A DNA stretch of 64,000 nt from Mustelus asterias (GCF_964213995.1 NW_027590204.1:434001-498000), one strand, 5' to 3'; shown: positions 37,958 through 51,194, counted from the first letter of the stretch. Numbers and translations are program-made. The notes: generated by a model from the letters alone, not told the origin.

Positions 37958-40490
37958 TCACACATGAAGTCGTCTATGTTTCAGCAGGCTGTAATACTGA
38001 GTAAATCCCTTCCCACACATGGAGCAGTTGAACGGTTTTGCCCCAGTGTGAACTCGCTGGTGTCTCTGCAGGCGGGATGGATCAGTGAATCCCTTCCCAC
38101 ACAGGGAGCAGGTGAACGGTTCTGTCGCAGTGTGAGCTCGCTGGTGTTTCAGCATATAGGATGAATCAGTGAATCCCTTCCCACACACAGAGCAGGTGAA
38201 CGGCTTCTCCCCGGTGTGAATGCGTTTGTGTTTCAGCAGATCATCACTTCTTTTAAAGGTCTTATTGCATTCTGAGCATTGAAAAGGTCTCTTATCAGAG
38301 TGAATGTGTTGGTGTTGTTTGCAGGAGGAAACTGAACAAATCTTTTGCCGCAAATGGAGCAGGAGAACGGCTTCTCCCCAGTGTGAGTGCCCTGGTGTCT
38401 CAGCAGACTAATCCTTCTTTTGAAGGTCTTCTCACATTTAAAGCATTTAAAATGTCTCTTCTGAAAATGAACCAGTTGGTGAACGGTGCAGTGGGAGGAC
38501 TGAGTGAATCTCTTCCCACACTGGGAGCAGCTGAATGGCCTGTCCTTGGTGTGAACTTGTTGGTGCTCAGTGAGATGCACTGAGTTGCTGAATGACTCCC
38601 ACAATGAGAGCAGCTGAATGGTCTCTCGTGTGTGTGAAGGAGCTGGTGCTCTGCAAGGCGGGAGGACTGGCTGAACCTCTTCCCGCAGTGGGAGCAGCTG
38701 AACGGTCTCTCGTGTGTGTGAAGGAGCTGGTGTGGGGCCTGTTCCTCAGAGGTTTCAATGCTTTGCCCAGAGTCAGAGCTTTGAAGAGGCTTCTGAATAA
38801 TGTGATCGAGTTGGTGAGCCAGCAGGTTGGACGAACACATGAATTTCTTCCCACACACGGAGCAGGTGAATGAACTCTCACTATTGCGAGTTCGCTGTCG
38901 TGTCAGCATGTTTTCCAGCTGTATCAATCCCTCCCCACAGGAGGAGCAAGGAAACAGATTCTCACCAGTTTCCAACTGAGATGGTCAATTAAATCCCTTC
39001 AGATGCACAAATCTTCAGATCCCGATGAATTACTACGTCTGTAGTAGGGAAAATGCTGGAATCCATTATTAAAGAGGAGATAGCAGGGCATCTGGATAGA
39101 AATGGTTCGATCAATCAGACGCAGCATGGATTCATGAGGGGAAAGTCGTGCTTGACGAACATGTTGGATTTTTATGAAGATGTGACGAGGGCGGTTGATG
39201 GAGGAGAACCGGTGGATGCGGTGTTTTTGGATTTCCAAAAGGCGTTTGATAAGGTGCCCCATAAAAGGCTGCTGAAGAAGATTAGGGCACACGGAGTTGG
39301 GGGTAGTGTGTTAAAGTGGATTGGGGACTGGCTATCCGACAGGAAGCAAAGAGTCGGAATAAATGGGTGTTTTTCCGGTTGGAGGAAGGTAACTAGTGGC
39401 GTGCCGCAGGGATCGGTACTCGGGCCGCAACTGTTTACCATTTATATAGATGATCTGGAGGAGGGGACGGAGTGTAGGGTAACGAAGTTTGCAGGCGACA
39501 CAAAGATAAGTGGAAAAGTGAATCGTGTGGAGGACGGAGAAGATCTGCAGAGAGATTTGGACAGGCTGAGTGAGTGGGCGAGGATATGGCAAATGGAGTA
39601 TAACGTTGAGAAATGCGAGGTTATACACTTTGGAGGAAATAATAACAAATGGGATTACTATCTCAATGGAAACAAATTAAAACATGCTACCGTGCAAAGG
39701 GACCTGGGGGTCCTTGTGCATGAGACGCAAAAGCCCAGTCTGCAGGTACAACAGGTGATCAAGAAGGCAAATGGGATGTTGGCCTATATTGCGAGGGGGA
39801 TAGAATATAAAAGCAGGGATGTCTTGATGCACCTGTACAGGGCATTGGCGAGGCCGCAGCTGGAATACTGTGTGCAGTATTGGTCCCCTTATATGAGGAA
39901 GGATATATTGGCATTGGAGGGAGTGCAGAGAAGGTTCACCAGGTTGATACTGGAGATGAGGGGTTTGGATTATGAGGAGAGGCTGAGGAGATTGGGTTTG
40001 TACTCGTTGGAGTTTAGAAGGATGAGGGGGGATCTTATGGAGACTTATAAGATAATGTGGGGGCTGGATAGGGTGGAGGCGGAGAGATTCTTTCCACTTA
40101 GTAAGGAAGTTAAAACTAGAGGACACAGCCTCAAAATAAAGGGGGGTCGGTTTAAGACAGAGTTGAGGAGGAACTTCTTCTCCCAGAGGGTGGTGAATCT
40201 CTGGAATTCTCTGCCCACTGAGGTGGTGGAGGCTACCTCGCTGAATATGTTTAAAGTGCGGATGGATGGATTCCTGAGCGGTAAGGGAATTAAGGGTTAT
40301 GGGGATCAGGCGGGTAAGTGGTACTGATCCACGTCAGATCAGCCATGATCTTATTGAATGGCGGGGCAGGCTCGAGGGGCTAGATGGCCTACTCCTGCTC
40401 CTATTTCTTATGTTCTTATAATTGATTGACTCTGTCTGACGTGAGATTTGTTTGTCCAGACTGCAAATCCTCCTCTTCTATTTCCTAAAA
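37958..40490 (-). pseudogene. Divergent C2H2 ZNF pseudogene; main exon split by a CR1 insertion (39032-40419)
   Basis: Fingers spread over three frames (37958-38975) with shifts near 38330 and 38590; exon 5' part and acceptor at 40420-40490. Confidence 0.85.
39032..40419 (+). mobile_element. Young 5'-truncated CR1 with intact RT and C-terminal frame (39053-40327)
   Basis: 424-codon open frame (catalytic motif reads FAGD instead of FADD); 3' end TTCTTATGTTCTTAT; AATT on both flanks. Confidence 0.93.
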
Positions 40491-40516
40491 AATAAGTTTA
40501 CAAAGAATTACGTAGC

Positions 40517-40853
40517 TGGCACGGTGGCACAGTGGTTAGTCCTCCTGCCTCACAGCACCAGGGACCTGGGTTCGATTCCGGCCGTGGTTACCTGTCTGTG
40601 TGGAGTTTGCACATTCTCCACTTGTCTGCGTGGGTTTCCTCCGGGTGCTCTGGTTTTCTCCCACAGTCCAAAGATATTCAGGTTAGGTGGATTGGCCATG
40701 CTAAATTATCCATTTTTCCCCCAGGATGTGTACGTGAGGGAGATTAGTGGGGTAAATAAGTTGGGTTATGTTGTTGGGGCCTTGGTGGGATGCTCTGTCG
40801 GAGAGTCAATTTGATGGGCCAGATAGCCTCCTTCCGAGCTGTGGAATTCTATG
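40517..40853 (+). mobile_element. HE1-like V-SINE
   Basis: Head, core and tail present. Confidence 0.88.
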
Positions 40854-40855
40854 AA

Positions 40856-41040
40856 TATATCTGTCCTGGACTGACAGTGATGACTTTTGTAAACTCCCTT
40901 TACAGGATATTGGAAAGGAGGATTTACAGCAAGAAAACACAAACCAAACATCACGTTGAGATCTGACAGTCACTCGGATCATTAGGAGCTGATTGTTATT
41001 GTCTTTGAACAGGGAAGGAGAATTGTTTGTTCTGTCTGTG
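40856..41040 (+). pseudogene. Orphan ZNF acceptor and exon-start remnant
   Basis: TGATGACTTTTGTAAACTCCCTTTACAG|GATATTGG..AAACCAAACATCAC as in 13440, 54864 and 60154; no fingers follow. Confidence 0.7.
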
Positions 41041-41811
41041 ACAATACACAAACAGGCCATTCGGTTTATCGAGTCTGTCCTGGAGTTTATCCTCCACATG
41101 AGTCTCCTCTCATTCTGATCACCACATCTCAGCTTTTCAGTTGATTTTTCCAATCCCTTTTCTCTCAGAGGCTCATATATTTTCCTTTTGAAAGCATCTA
41201 AAGTATTTGTGTCAACCACTTCCAGTCACAGTGAGTTCCAAATTCTAACAACTGTCTGAAGAAAGAAACATCTCCTATTTTCCTGTTTGATTTATTTGTT
41301 GTCTGTTCATGGTTCCCAGTAATGGAAAAACCAACAAGTGGAAACATTCCATTCACATCTCCCTACTTATCCCATTCAGAAAGCCCGTATCAGAAGAGAC
41401 AACAGTTTTCTCTTGGTTTGAGCTTGTTGTGTGCAAATCCTCCCTTTCTAACCCCCTGTAACAAAAAATATCCAAAATTCATCACGATGGAAAATCCAGG
41501 TACAAGTAATTCAGAAAGCTATTATTTGTTATGAGGGGAATGGAGTGAAAGCAGGGAAGTTATGTTTCAGTTGCACAGTGAGTCTGTATCTGGAGCAATG
41601 TCTACATTTCGATTGCCTTATTTAAGGAAAAATATAAGTGCATTAGAAGAAGTTCATAGTAGGTTTAGTAGACTAACACCTGGAATAGGTGGATTGTCTG
41701 ATGAGGAGCAGTGAGACAGTCTCTGCTCGAGTTTAGCTTCTGCTCGAGTTTAAAAGAGTAAGAGGCAACTTAATTTAAACCGTTCACATCCTGAAAGGTC
41801 TTGGATGCAGA

Positions 41812-43260
41812 GATTCATAGAGTCATAGAGGTTTACAGCATGGAAACAGGCCCTTCAGTCCAACTTGTGCATGCCGCCCCTTTTTTTAACCCCGAAGCTA
41901 GTCCCAATTGCCCGCATTTGGCCCATATCTCTCTCTAACCATCTTACCCCTGTAACTGTCTAAACGCTTTTCAAAAGACAAAATTATACCTGCCTCTACT
42001 ACTACCTCTGGCAGTTTGTTCAAGACACTCCCCACCCTCTGTATGAAAATATTGCCCCTCTCGACTCTTTTTATCTCTCCCCTTAAACCTATGACCTCTA
42101 GTTTTAGACTCCCCTACCTTTGGAAAAGATATTGACTATCTAGCTGATCTATGCCCCTCATTATTTTATAGACCGCTATAAGGTCACCCCTCAGCCTCCT
42201 GCGCTCCAGAAAACAAAGTCCCAGTCGATCCAGTCTCACCTTATAACCATCAAGTCCCGGTAGCATCCCAGTAAATCTTTTCTGCACTCTTTCTCGTTTA
42301 ATACTATCCTTTCCATAATAGGGTGACCAGAACTGCACACAGTATTCCAAGTATGGCCTTACCAATGTTTTGTAAAACTTCAACAAGACGTACCAACTCC
42401 TGTATTCAATGTTCTGACCAATGAAACCAAGCATGCCAAATGCCTTCTTCACCACTCTGTCCACCTGTGACTCCACTTTCAAGGAGCTGTGAATCTGTTC
42501 CCCTAGATCTCTTTGTTCTATAACTCTCCCCAATGCCCTACTATTAACTGAGTAAGTCCTGCCCTGGTTTGATCTACCAAAATGCATCACTTCGCATTTA
42601 TCTAAATTAAACTCCATCTGGCATTTTTCAGCCCACTGGCCCAATTGATCAAGATTCCGTTGCAATCAGAGATAATCTTCTTCACTGTCCACTATGCCAC
42701 AATCCTGGTGTCTGCAAACTTACTAACCATGCCTCCTAAATTCTCATCCACATCATTAATATAAATGATAAATAACAGTGGACGCAACACCAATCCCGGA
42801 GGCACACCGCTGGTCACAGGCCTCCAGTTTGAAAAACAATCCTCCACAACCATCCTCTGTCTTCAGTCATGAAGGGGCAGTGTTCTGAAAGCTTGTCGCT
42901 TGTGCTACCAAATAAACCTGTTGGACTTTAACTTGGTGTTGTGAGACTTTTTCTGTCATCAAGCCAATTTTGTACCTATTTGGCTACCTTACCCTGGATC
43001 CCGAGAGATTTAACCTTATGCAACAACTTACCATGTGGTATCTTGTCAAAGGCCTTGCGAAAGGTCATGTAGAGAACATCAACTGCACTGCCCTCATCTA
43101 CCTTCTTGGTTACTCCTTCAAAAAACTCAATCAAATTTGTGAGATATGATTTTCCTCTCCAAAGCCATGCTGTCTCTAAATGTCACTCACATGACTGTCT
43201 CTAATCAGTCCTTGTGTCTCTAAATGCCTGTAGATCCTGTCTCTCAAAATACCTTCTAAA
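41812..43260 (-). mobile_element. CR1 RT and 3' end with a nested Penelope-like terminal fragment (42870-42949, +)
   Basis: WAEKCQMEFNLDKCEVMHFG, LEYCVQFWSP; tail (CATAGAGT)n; insert flanked by TTCAGTCAT / TTCTGTCAT. Confidence 0.9.
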
Positions 43261-43599
43261 AACTTGTTAGAACTGTTGTTTACTCTTATGGGAGAATCTT
43301 GCGGTCACTATTTAAAAAACAGTGCTGCCCATAGAGACAGAGATGAGATGTTTTTCTCTCAGTGGGTCATGAATCTTTGGATCTCCGTTCCTCAAAAGTG
43401 GAAGTAGAGCCTGATTTCAATTAGATATATCTCTTGGGGCTAAAGGGATATTATGGGGTGGGGGGTGGGATTAGGGTATTGAATTTGAGGATCAGCCATG
43501 ACTATAATGAATGGCAGGGAATGCTCAAAGAGCTGAATGGTCTACTTCCGCTTCTATGTAAACATGAGGAGCCTGGGGCTGAAGTGTAACGAAAAGGCT

Positions 43600-44000
43600 A
43601 TAAGACATAGGAGCAGAATTGGGCCACTCGGCCCATTGAATCTGCTCCACCATTCAATCATGGCTGATATTTTTCTCATCCCCATTCTCCTACCTTTTCC
43701 CCATAACCTCTGATCTGCTTATTAATCAACAACCTATTTATCTCTATCTTGAAGACACTCAATGACCCGGCCTCCACAGCCTTCTGTGACAAAGAGTTCC
43801 ACAGATTGACCACTCTCTGGCTGAAGAAATTCCTCCTCATCTCTGTTTTAAAGGATCATCCCTTTAGTCTGAACTTGTGCCCTCTGGTTCTAGTTTTTCC
43901 TACTAGTGGAAACATCCTCTCCACATCCGCTCTGTCCAGGCCTCGCCGTATCCTGTAAGATTCAATAAATTCCTCCTCAACCTTCTAAACTCCAACGAGT
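43600..44000 (-). mobile_element. CR1 3' end
   Basis: ATAAGACATAGGAGCAGAA tail; GAGTTCCACAGATT.ACCACTCTCTGG. Confidence 0.85.
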
Positions 44001-44154
44001 ACAAAAGCCGTGTAACCGCTTCATGTAAGTACTCTGGGATGCAACCTCTCATACTGAATATGTACATGACCCATAAACTTCTCTCGGCTGCAAACGTCAG
44101 GTGCAGCCTGGGAGTGGGTGAAGCTGTTTGAAAATCTATTGTTCATTGTTGGTA

Positions 44155-44211
44155 TGCATTAGGACCCGATGGGTGCATTAGGACCCGATGGGTGCATTAG
44201 GACCCGGTGGG
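44155..44211. repeat. 19-bp tandem repeat x3 (TGCATTAGGACCCGATGGG)
   Basis: Visible directly. Confidence 0.9.
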
Positions 44212-44219
44212 AGCAGAAA

Positions 44220-45590
44220 CACAAAGACCCGCCCACTCACGGTTGCGTCACCAAGACACCAACGCGTGCGCTCTGCTCCCCGCTGAATCAAGATGGCGGC
44301 TGTTAACCTGAGCTTCGTCTCGGGAAAAAGATCCGAAGCAGCAAACACGGGACCTACGGGCTCATATTCGAGGTTTGAGGCCTTCACCAGATATTTAGAC
44401 ACCCTCTCCGTCCATCCGCCGCTTCCATTGCTCCCTCTATGTTTCTGCATCCTTACCGGCTGCTGATGAGACACAGGAACTTCTCTCCAGTTGCTGTCAC
44501 CCACACTGCGAACGCCGTTGCTTACTGCGCATGTGCATCTCTCACATGCAAAGAATAGGGAACTCTTCCTATTGGTCCGGGCCCTCATTCAGTGCGATTG
44601 GTTGGAGGACCAGCCGCTCCCGCTCGGTCCTCCAGTCCCGCCCCTCATTCACTCCGATCGGTTGGGTGACCAGCCCCGCCCCCTCTTCCTATTGGTCCGG
44701 AGCTGCCGTCAATCAATCCCCGGGCATTGTGATGTGGAGCATGCGCTGTGTCATTGCTGGCCTTGGCGCTTGTTTGTCCCGGAGAAGCGGAGTCCATAAG
44801 ACCATAAGACATAGGAGCTGAAGTAAGGCCATTCGGCCCATCGAGTCCACTCCACCATTCAATCATGGTTGATTTCAACTCCATTTACCCGCTCTCTCCC
44901 CATAGCCCTTAATTCCTCGAGAATTCAAGAATTTATCAATCTCTGTCTTGAAGACGCGTTAGGCGGTGGCTGGGAGGATTTGGAAACACTTTGTGGATCC
45001 GCAAACCCTTCAGAATCATTGTCAGCTCCCTGGTTTGCAGCTGCGGGGCTTCTCCCTCCCTCCCTCCCTCCCTCCTGGGAACAGGCCCAGGTTAACGGCC
45101 CCATCCTGGCTCAGCCACTGGAGGATGGTTCACATCAGAGGATGGGGGAGGGGGACAATAAGAAATCTTAGAAACCCTACAGCACAGAAAGAGGCCATTC
45201 AGCCCATCGAGTCTGCACCGACGACAATCCCACCCAGGCCCTACCCCCATATCCCTACATGTTTACCCACTAATCCCTCTAACCTACGCATCCCAGGACA
45301 CTAAGGGGCAATTTTAGCATGGCCAATCAACCTAACCCGCACATCTTTGGACTGTGGGAGGAAACCGGAGCACCCGGAGGAAACCCACACAGACACGAGG
45401 AGAATGTGCAAAATAAATAAGAGGTTACACTTTGGCCTCAAATCAATGAGGACTCTGATCTCTGGGAAGGAAGGAAACCCTGGGAGGTGGGCGGGGAGGA
45501 TTCACAAACACCCGCTGGAGGCCCTAACACCCCCAATAAGAGCCATTGGTTTTATTGTCAGTCTGCAGAGAGGAGCTGGAGAACTGAATC
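44220..45590. promoter_or_regulatory. Paralog of the 12k promoter/exon-1/intron cassette, interrupted by a CR1 tail (44796-44955) and a partial HE1 SINE (45162-45411)
   Basis: 44585-45590 nearly colinear with 12300-12900 once the inserts are removed; minus-strand donor G|GTAAGG near 44456. Confidence 0.75.
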
Positions 45591-45915
45591 CATGATGTGG
45601 AGATGCCGGCGTTGACTGGGGTAAAGACAGTAAGAGGTTTAACAACACCAGGTTAAAGTCCAACAGGTTTATTTGGTCACAAATGCCACTAGCTTTTGGA
45701 GCGCTGCCCCTTCGTCAGGTGGAGTGGAGAAATGCTCACAAACAGGGCATACAGAGACACAAACTCAATTTACAGAATAATGATTGGAATGCAGTCTTTA
45801 CAGATAATCAAGTCTTAAAGGTACAAACAATGTGAATGGAGGGAGCATTAAGCACAGGCTAAAGAGATGTGTATTGTCTCCAGACAGGACAGCCAGTGAG
45901 ATTCTGCAAGTCCAG
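45591..45915 (-). mobile_element. Penelope-like pLTR fragment with hammerhead motif (45686-45722; GAAA mutated to AAAA)
   Basis: Reverse complement aligns to 23150-23416 plus the CCAGTC.AACGCCGGCATCTCCACATC extension. Confidence 0.85.
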
Positions 45916-45919
45916 ACAA

Positions 45920-46107
45920 GCTGTTCGGGTCAATGCGCCTAACCAGCACGTCTTTCAGAATGTGGGAGGAAACCGGAGCACCCGGAGGAAACCCACGCAG
46001 ACATGGGGAGAATGTGCAAACTCCACACAGACAGTGACCCAAGCCGGGAATCAAATCTGGGTCCCTGGCGCTGTGAAGCAGCAGTGCTAACCACTGTGCT
46101 ACCGTGC
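45920..46107 (-). mobile_element. V-SINE (alternative-tail type)
   Basis: HE1-type head and core followed by GCTGGTTAGG.GCATTGACC as at 33570. Confidence 0.8.
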
Positions 46108-46561
46108 CTCCCAAAACATTAAATCTGTTTCTCTCGCCAGAGGTGCTGTCAGACTCGCTGTGTTTTTACAGCACTTCCTGTTTGTATTTATGAGTTCAAG
46201 AGTCAGGCCAGAAAGAAATTTAAAGACAGTTTGGCCCGGTGGGCGAATGGAAGAGAGGGAAGGAGCAGAGGCAGCTGATCAGATTGTCTCAATCTTGGTG
46301 ACAAAGAAGCTCCATCAGCTCCTCACACTTGTTGGAGGTGAGGATGGAGGAGACGGGAGAGGGGGAAGCCCTTCAAATGGAACTAACATGTTTGAGGTAT
46401 TAAAAGCATTCATCACACTGTGTTGAACATAAAGCTTGTGTATTTGAGTTCCACCCAAAATATAAACCTTCCAACTGGGCTAGGATTTATCAGCAGAAAC
46501 AGGCACCAATGAAAATAGTCAGGACCTTGATGTGATTAAGAACAAACTCCAGTCCTTGCAG

Positions 46562-47599
46562 TCACTCGTGAACACGCTGGTGTTTCAGCAGGTGAGGTGA
46601 CTGAGTGAATCCCTTCCCACACACGGAGCAGGTGAATGGCCTGTCCCCAGTGTGAATTCGCTGGTGCTTTACCAGGTTGGATGATTGACTGAATCTCTTA
46701 CCACAACCAGAGCAGGTGAATGGTCTCTCCCCGGTGTGAACTCGCTGGTGTCTCTGCAGGGTGGATGAATCAATAAATCCCTTCCCACAACTGGAGCAAG
46801 TGAATGGCCTCTCCCCAGTGTGAACTCGCTGGTGTTTCAACAAGATGAATGACTGACTGAAGCCCCTCCCACACTCAGAGCAGGTGAACGGCCTCTCTCC
46901 GGTGTGACCTCGCTGGTGTTTTAGGAGGTTGAATGATTGAGTGAATCTCTTCCCACACTCGGAGCAGATAAATGGCCTCTCCCCGTTATGAATTCTCTGG
47001 TGTTTCAGCAGGTCGGATGAATCAGTGAATCCCTTCCCACAATCAGAGCAGGTGAACGGCCTCTCTCCAGTGTGAACTCGCTGGTGTTTCAGCAGGATAG
47101 AAGAGGTAGGGAATCCCTTCCCACAATCAGAGCATCTGAATGGTCTCTCTCTAGTGTGAACTCTCTGGTGTGTCAGCAGGATTGATGAGGTAGTGAATCC
47201 CTTCCCACACTCATGACAGTTGAATGGCCTCTCCCCAGTGTGAACCCACCGGTGTTTCAGCAGATGGGATGAACAAATGAATCCCATCCCACACTTGGAG
47301 CAGGTGAACGGTCTCTCCCCAGTGTGAACTCGCCGGTGTGTCAGCAAGATGGATGAGGTAGTGAATCCCTTCCCACACTCAGAGCAGGTGAATGGTCTCT
47401 CTCCAGTGTGATTGTGTCGATGAGTTTTCAGTTCAGATGGGAATCTGAATCTCTTCCCACAGTCTCCACATTTCCATTGTTTCTCCCTGTTGTGACTGCA
47501 TTTATGTTTCAACAGGCCAGATGATCGGCTGAATGTTCGTCCACACACAGAACAGGTGTACGGTTTCTCTCCACTGTTAACCGTGCTTTCCCCTTCCAT
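46562..47599 (-). CDS. C2H2 ZNF protein, ~345 aa, 12 fingers
   Basis: ATG at 47599 ([16 protein letters not shown]) open to HQRVHE*. Confidence 0.9.
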   Translation of the reverse strand: MEGESTVNSGEKPYTCSVCGRTFSRSSGLLKHKCSHNREKQWKCGDCGKRFRFPSELKTHRHNHTGERPFTCSECGKGFTTSSILLTHRRVHTGERPFTCSKCGMGFICSSHLLKHRWVHTGERPFNCHECGKGFTTSSILLTHQRVHTRERPFRCSDCGKGFPTSSILLKHQRVHTGERPFTCSDCGKGFTDSSDLLKHQRIHNGERPFICSECGKRFTQSFNLLKHQRGHTGERPFTCSECGRGFSQSFILLKHQRVHTGERPFTCSSCGKGFIDSSTLQRHQRVHTGERPFTCSGCGKRFSQSSNLVKHQRIHTGDRPFTCSVCGKGFTQSPHLLKHQRVHE

Positions 47600-48259
47600 G
47601 TTCAAAACCCAATGATATTCAGATTACACTAATTTAGGCGATAGTGTCAGATCCTGATGCGATGTTTGGTTTGAGTTTTCTCCCTTCCACTCCTGCACTT
47701 CTAATATCCTGTAAAAAAAAAGTCCAAAGTTAAAAATTGAAGCAAATATTTCTCTTGGTTTGAGTTTACTGTGTGTAAATCCTCCCCTTCTCACCCTCTG
47801 GAAAAGGAGACTCCAAAATCTATCAATGTCAGTCCAGGATAGAAATTCACATTTTCTCACAGGGACAGTGATAACCGTGCCTGTGTCCTGCCCCCGAGAA
47901 AGATGACAGCCATTAACCCAAGTCTATCAGTGTTTCTCCTTCACTATTTCATGTGATGTGGGTTTCATTGCCAAGACCAGCATTTATTTCCTGCCCCTGA
48001 GGAGGGCAGTTAGAGACTGAATCGCATGTTGACAAGTCTATGGAGAGACAGCAGATGCCCATGAATAAACAGGATGGGTTTTTTAAATTGTTCACAGCTG
48101 TAATGGTTACTCAAGTGAAATTATATTCCAGATTTTCCAGCGTTTTATGAATTCTAATTAAATCCCCCCCAGCTCCATGATGGGATTTGAACCCGTCCCC
48201 AGAACATTAGGCTGTGTCACTGATGTCACCACCACCTCCCCGATTTTAGAGCTGCTGCA

Positions 48260-48530
48260 ATTACCCCCCGGGTCGGTGCAAACTCGGGCCCGGGGGGGTT
48301 TCTTATTCTGGGTTTTGAGGCCTCCTCCACTGGCTGTTTCTGAAGCCTCTGCACCTACTTCCCCGCCTCCCTGCAGCTCCAGCACCCACACTGCGCATGG
48401 GCCAGTCCGAATCCGCACAGCGCATGCTCCACGCGGAATCAGGTACTGCGCCTGCGCAAGCGGCTGATATTGTGACAATACGGCACATTCTCTCTCGCTG
48501 CGAATGCTGGGTAAGAGCACCGCCATAGGA
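48260..48530. promoter_or_regulatory. CpG-rich promoter cassette homologous to 25.3-25.46k
   Basis: GCGCATG twice, TGCGCCTGCGCA; plus-strand donor GG|GTAAGA near 48511. Confidence 0.6.
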
Positions 48531-48959
48531 AGGAGACAATGTTCATCACAAAATTGTATTTTATCATCCAATGACAATCAGAACTATAGGGTTACTATAT
48601 AAAATTATTACACCAATTGATACATCTACCAATGTGCGTGGTGGGATTGTCACTGGACGAGCATTCCAGAGACCCAGGGTCCTTTTAGAGTCTACCCCAT
48701 TCTGCCGTAGGTTGCAGCACGACATAGTTGGGTTGGTCACATGGGCAGAACAGTGGTAGATTTCAAAATATATCACCATTCCTTCACAGTCACTGGGTCA
48801 AAATCCTGGAATTCCCTCCCTAACCACATTGTAGGTAAACCCACAGCATACGAGCTGCAGCGATGCAAGAAGGTAGCTCACCACCACCTTCTTAAGGGCA
48901 ACTCGGGATGGCCAACTAGCGACGCCCATGTCCCACAAATTAATAAAAAAATATGGTAT

Positions 48960-49740
48960 TTAATCTTGATAAGTGCGAAGTGATGCACTTTGGAAGAAGT
49001 AACAAGACAAAGAAATAATGAATGAATGGAAGGACACGAGGTAAAATCAGAGGAGCAGATGGATCTTGGGGTACTTATTCACTTAAGGTAACAGAGCAGG
49101 TGAATAGAATAGATAAGAAGGCATATGAGACACTTGCTTTTATCAGTCGTGGCATACAGTATAAGAACAAGGAGATAATGTTGGAGGTGTACAGAATGTT
49201 GGTTAGGCCACAGCTGGAGTACCGTGTGCAGTTCTAGTCACCTCACTCCAGGAAGGATGTGATTGCACTGGAGGGGGTACAGAGGAGATTCACCAGGATG
49301 TTGCCTGGGATGGAACATTTGAGCTATAAGGAGACTGGATAGGTTTGGAGTGTTTAGAGCAGAGAAGGCTGAGGGGGACATGACTGGTGAATAAGATTAT
49401 GAAGGATATGGACCGGGTGAGTAGAACCCTTGGTTGAGGGGTCAATCATGAGGGGACATAGTTTTAGGGTGCCTGGCAAGAGAGTCAGAGGAGAGTTGAG
49501 AAAAAAAAATCAGAGGGTGGTGGGAATCTGTAATAAACTGCCTGGGAAGGTAGTGGAGGCTGGAAACTTAACAACCTTTAAAAAGTATTTGGATGAGCAC
49601 TTGAAATATTATAGCATTCAGGTAAGGATATGGGACAAGTGCTGGAAAATAGGATTAGCATGGGGTTTAGTGGTAGCTATTGTTGGTGCAGACTCTGTGG
49701 GTCGAAGGGTGTTTTCTGCACTGTATGACTATGACTGTAA
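48960..49740 (+). mobile_element. Degenerate CR1 3' end
   Basis: LVRPQLEYRVQF; tail (ATGACT)n. Confidence 0.85.
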
Positions 49741-50219
49741 CTCTCGCTCAGTCTCTTTCACTCGAACAGTCTCTGTGTCTCTATCTATTTCCCTCTTTTG
49801 GTCTTTGTTCTATCTGCTCACTGTCTTTGTGCAACTAAATTTCACTGGATTGATTCCTGAGATGAGGCGGTTGTCCTTGGAGGACATTCAGTGGGATGAG
49901 TCTGTCCTCTCTGAAATTCAGAATCATGAGAAGTGATATAATTGAGAAGGGAGGGAAAAGGAAGGATCAGGAAAGCAGCAAACACTTGATGTTGTTCCAG
50001 GAAAAGTGGGGTCTGGTGGTGTGGATGTCAGGTTTTACACAGCACATGGTCAGCCTGTGGATTCACCCAGGATGAAGAATCTCTGAATGATTCTATTCAA
50101 ATCACCCGGAGAGGAAGCTTTGAGAGGAACCATCTAAGACGGAGCAGCACATAAAGATATCCAAACACAGAGATCCAAACACACTGTCTCTCCCTGTCTC
50201 TTACACAGACATGGGCAAA

Positions 50220-50584
50220 CATAGAGACACACCCACAACCAGACAGACGTCTTCATTCATAGACACACACCCACACCCAGACAGACATCTTCATTCATAG
50301 ACACACACCCACACCCAGACAGACATCTTCATTCATAGACACACACCCACACCCAGACAGACATCTTCATTCATAGACACACACCCACACCCAGACAGAC
50401 ATCTTCATTCATAGACACACACCCACACCCAGACAGACATCTTCATTCATAGACACACACCCACACCCAGACAGACATCTTCATTCATAGACACACACCC
50501 ACACCCAGACAGATATCTTCATTCATAGACACACACCCACACCCAGACAGACATCTTCATTCATAGACACAGACCCACACAGAT
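50220..50584. repeat. 38-bp minisatellite, ~9 near-identical copies (CTTCATTCATAGACACACACCCACACCCAGACAGACAT)
   Basis: Unit starts at 50251, 50289, 50327, 50365, 50403, 50441, 50479, 50517, 50555. Confidence 0.95.
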
Positions 50585-51194
50585 AATTCCAGCCGGATCA
50601 TGTGGAGAATACAGCCCATTCTGACTAATACTGGAGATGAAATAACAGTGTCTTTACAAACCACAATGTTTGAGAAATTCAAGTAACCATTACCCTCCAG
50701 GGACAGTGAGCAGTTCTGAGGACCCATTTCCACTCCTTTCTCTAAACTTGAGTCTATATTGAACAACATTTGGAACAGCAGCAATGACAAATCACTAACA
50801 CGGAGCTGCCTCTTGTCAGCCTGGGTGAAGAGCCCTGCTGGGGGATAGTGTAAATTACAGAACAACATCCCTGGGTAATCAGTGTCTCTTGGTTCTGGAA
50901 TTACAGAAGATGCTAATTCCCCTCACATTGATGGTCCAGTTAATGAAGAGAATTCTGAGACAGGTTTCAAGCATTCAAGTCATTCAAAAATTAAAGCAAA
51001 GTTGATTTTAAAAATTTTTTATAATCTGCTCTGGATATGGTTAACATCAGAGCCCAATAAATATAGTTCAGTTCTGGATGTGATTAACAGCAAACTCCAA
51101 TCTGGCTGGTGTGTCAGCACGTTGGATGACTGATTGAATCCTTTCCCACACTTGAAGCAGATGAATGGTTTGTCCCCAGTGTGAACTCGCTGGT

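Noticed and set aside
50251-50584. CRISPR array
   Set aside because: Head-to-tail repeats without unique spacers, in a vertebrate context
50585-50945. Remnant of a coding exon
   Set aside because: Stops in the frame examined and no recognisable motif
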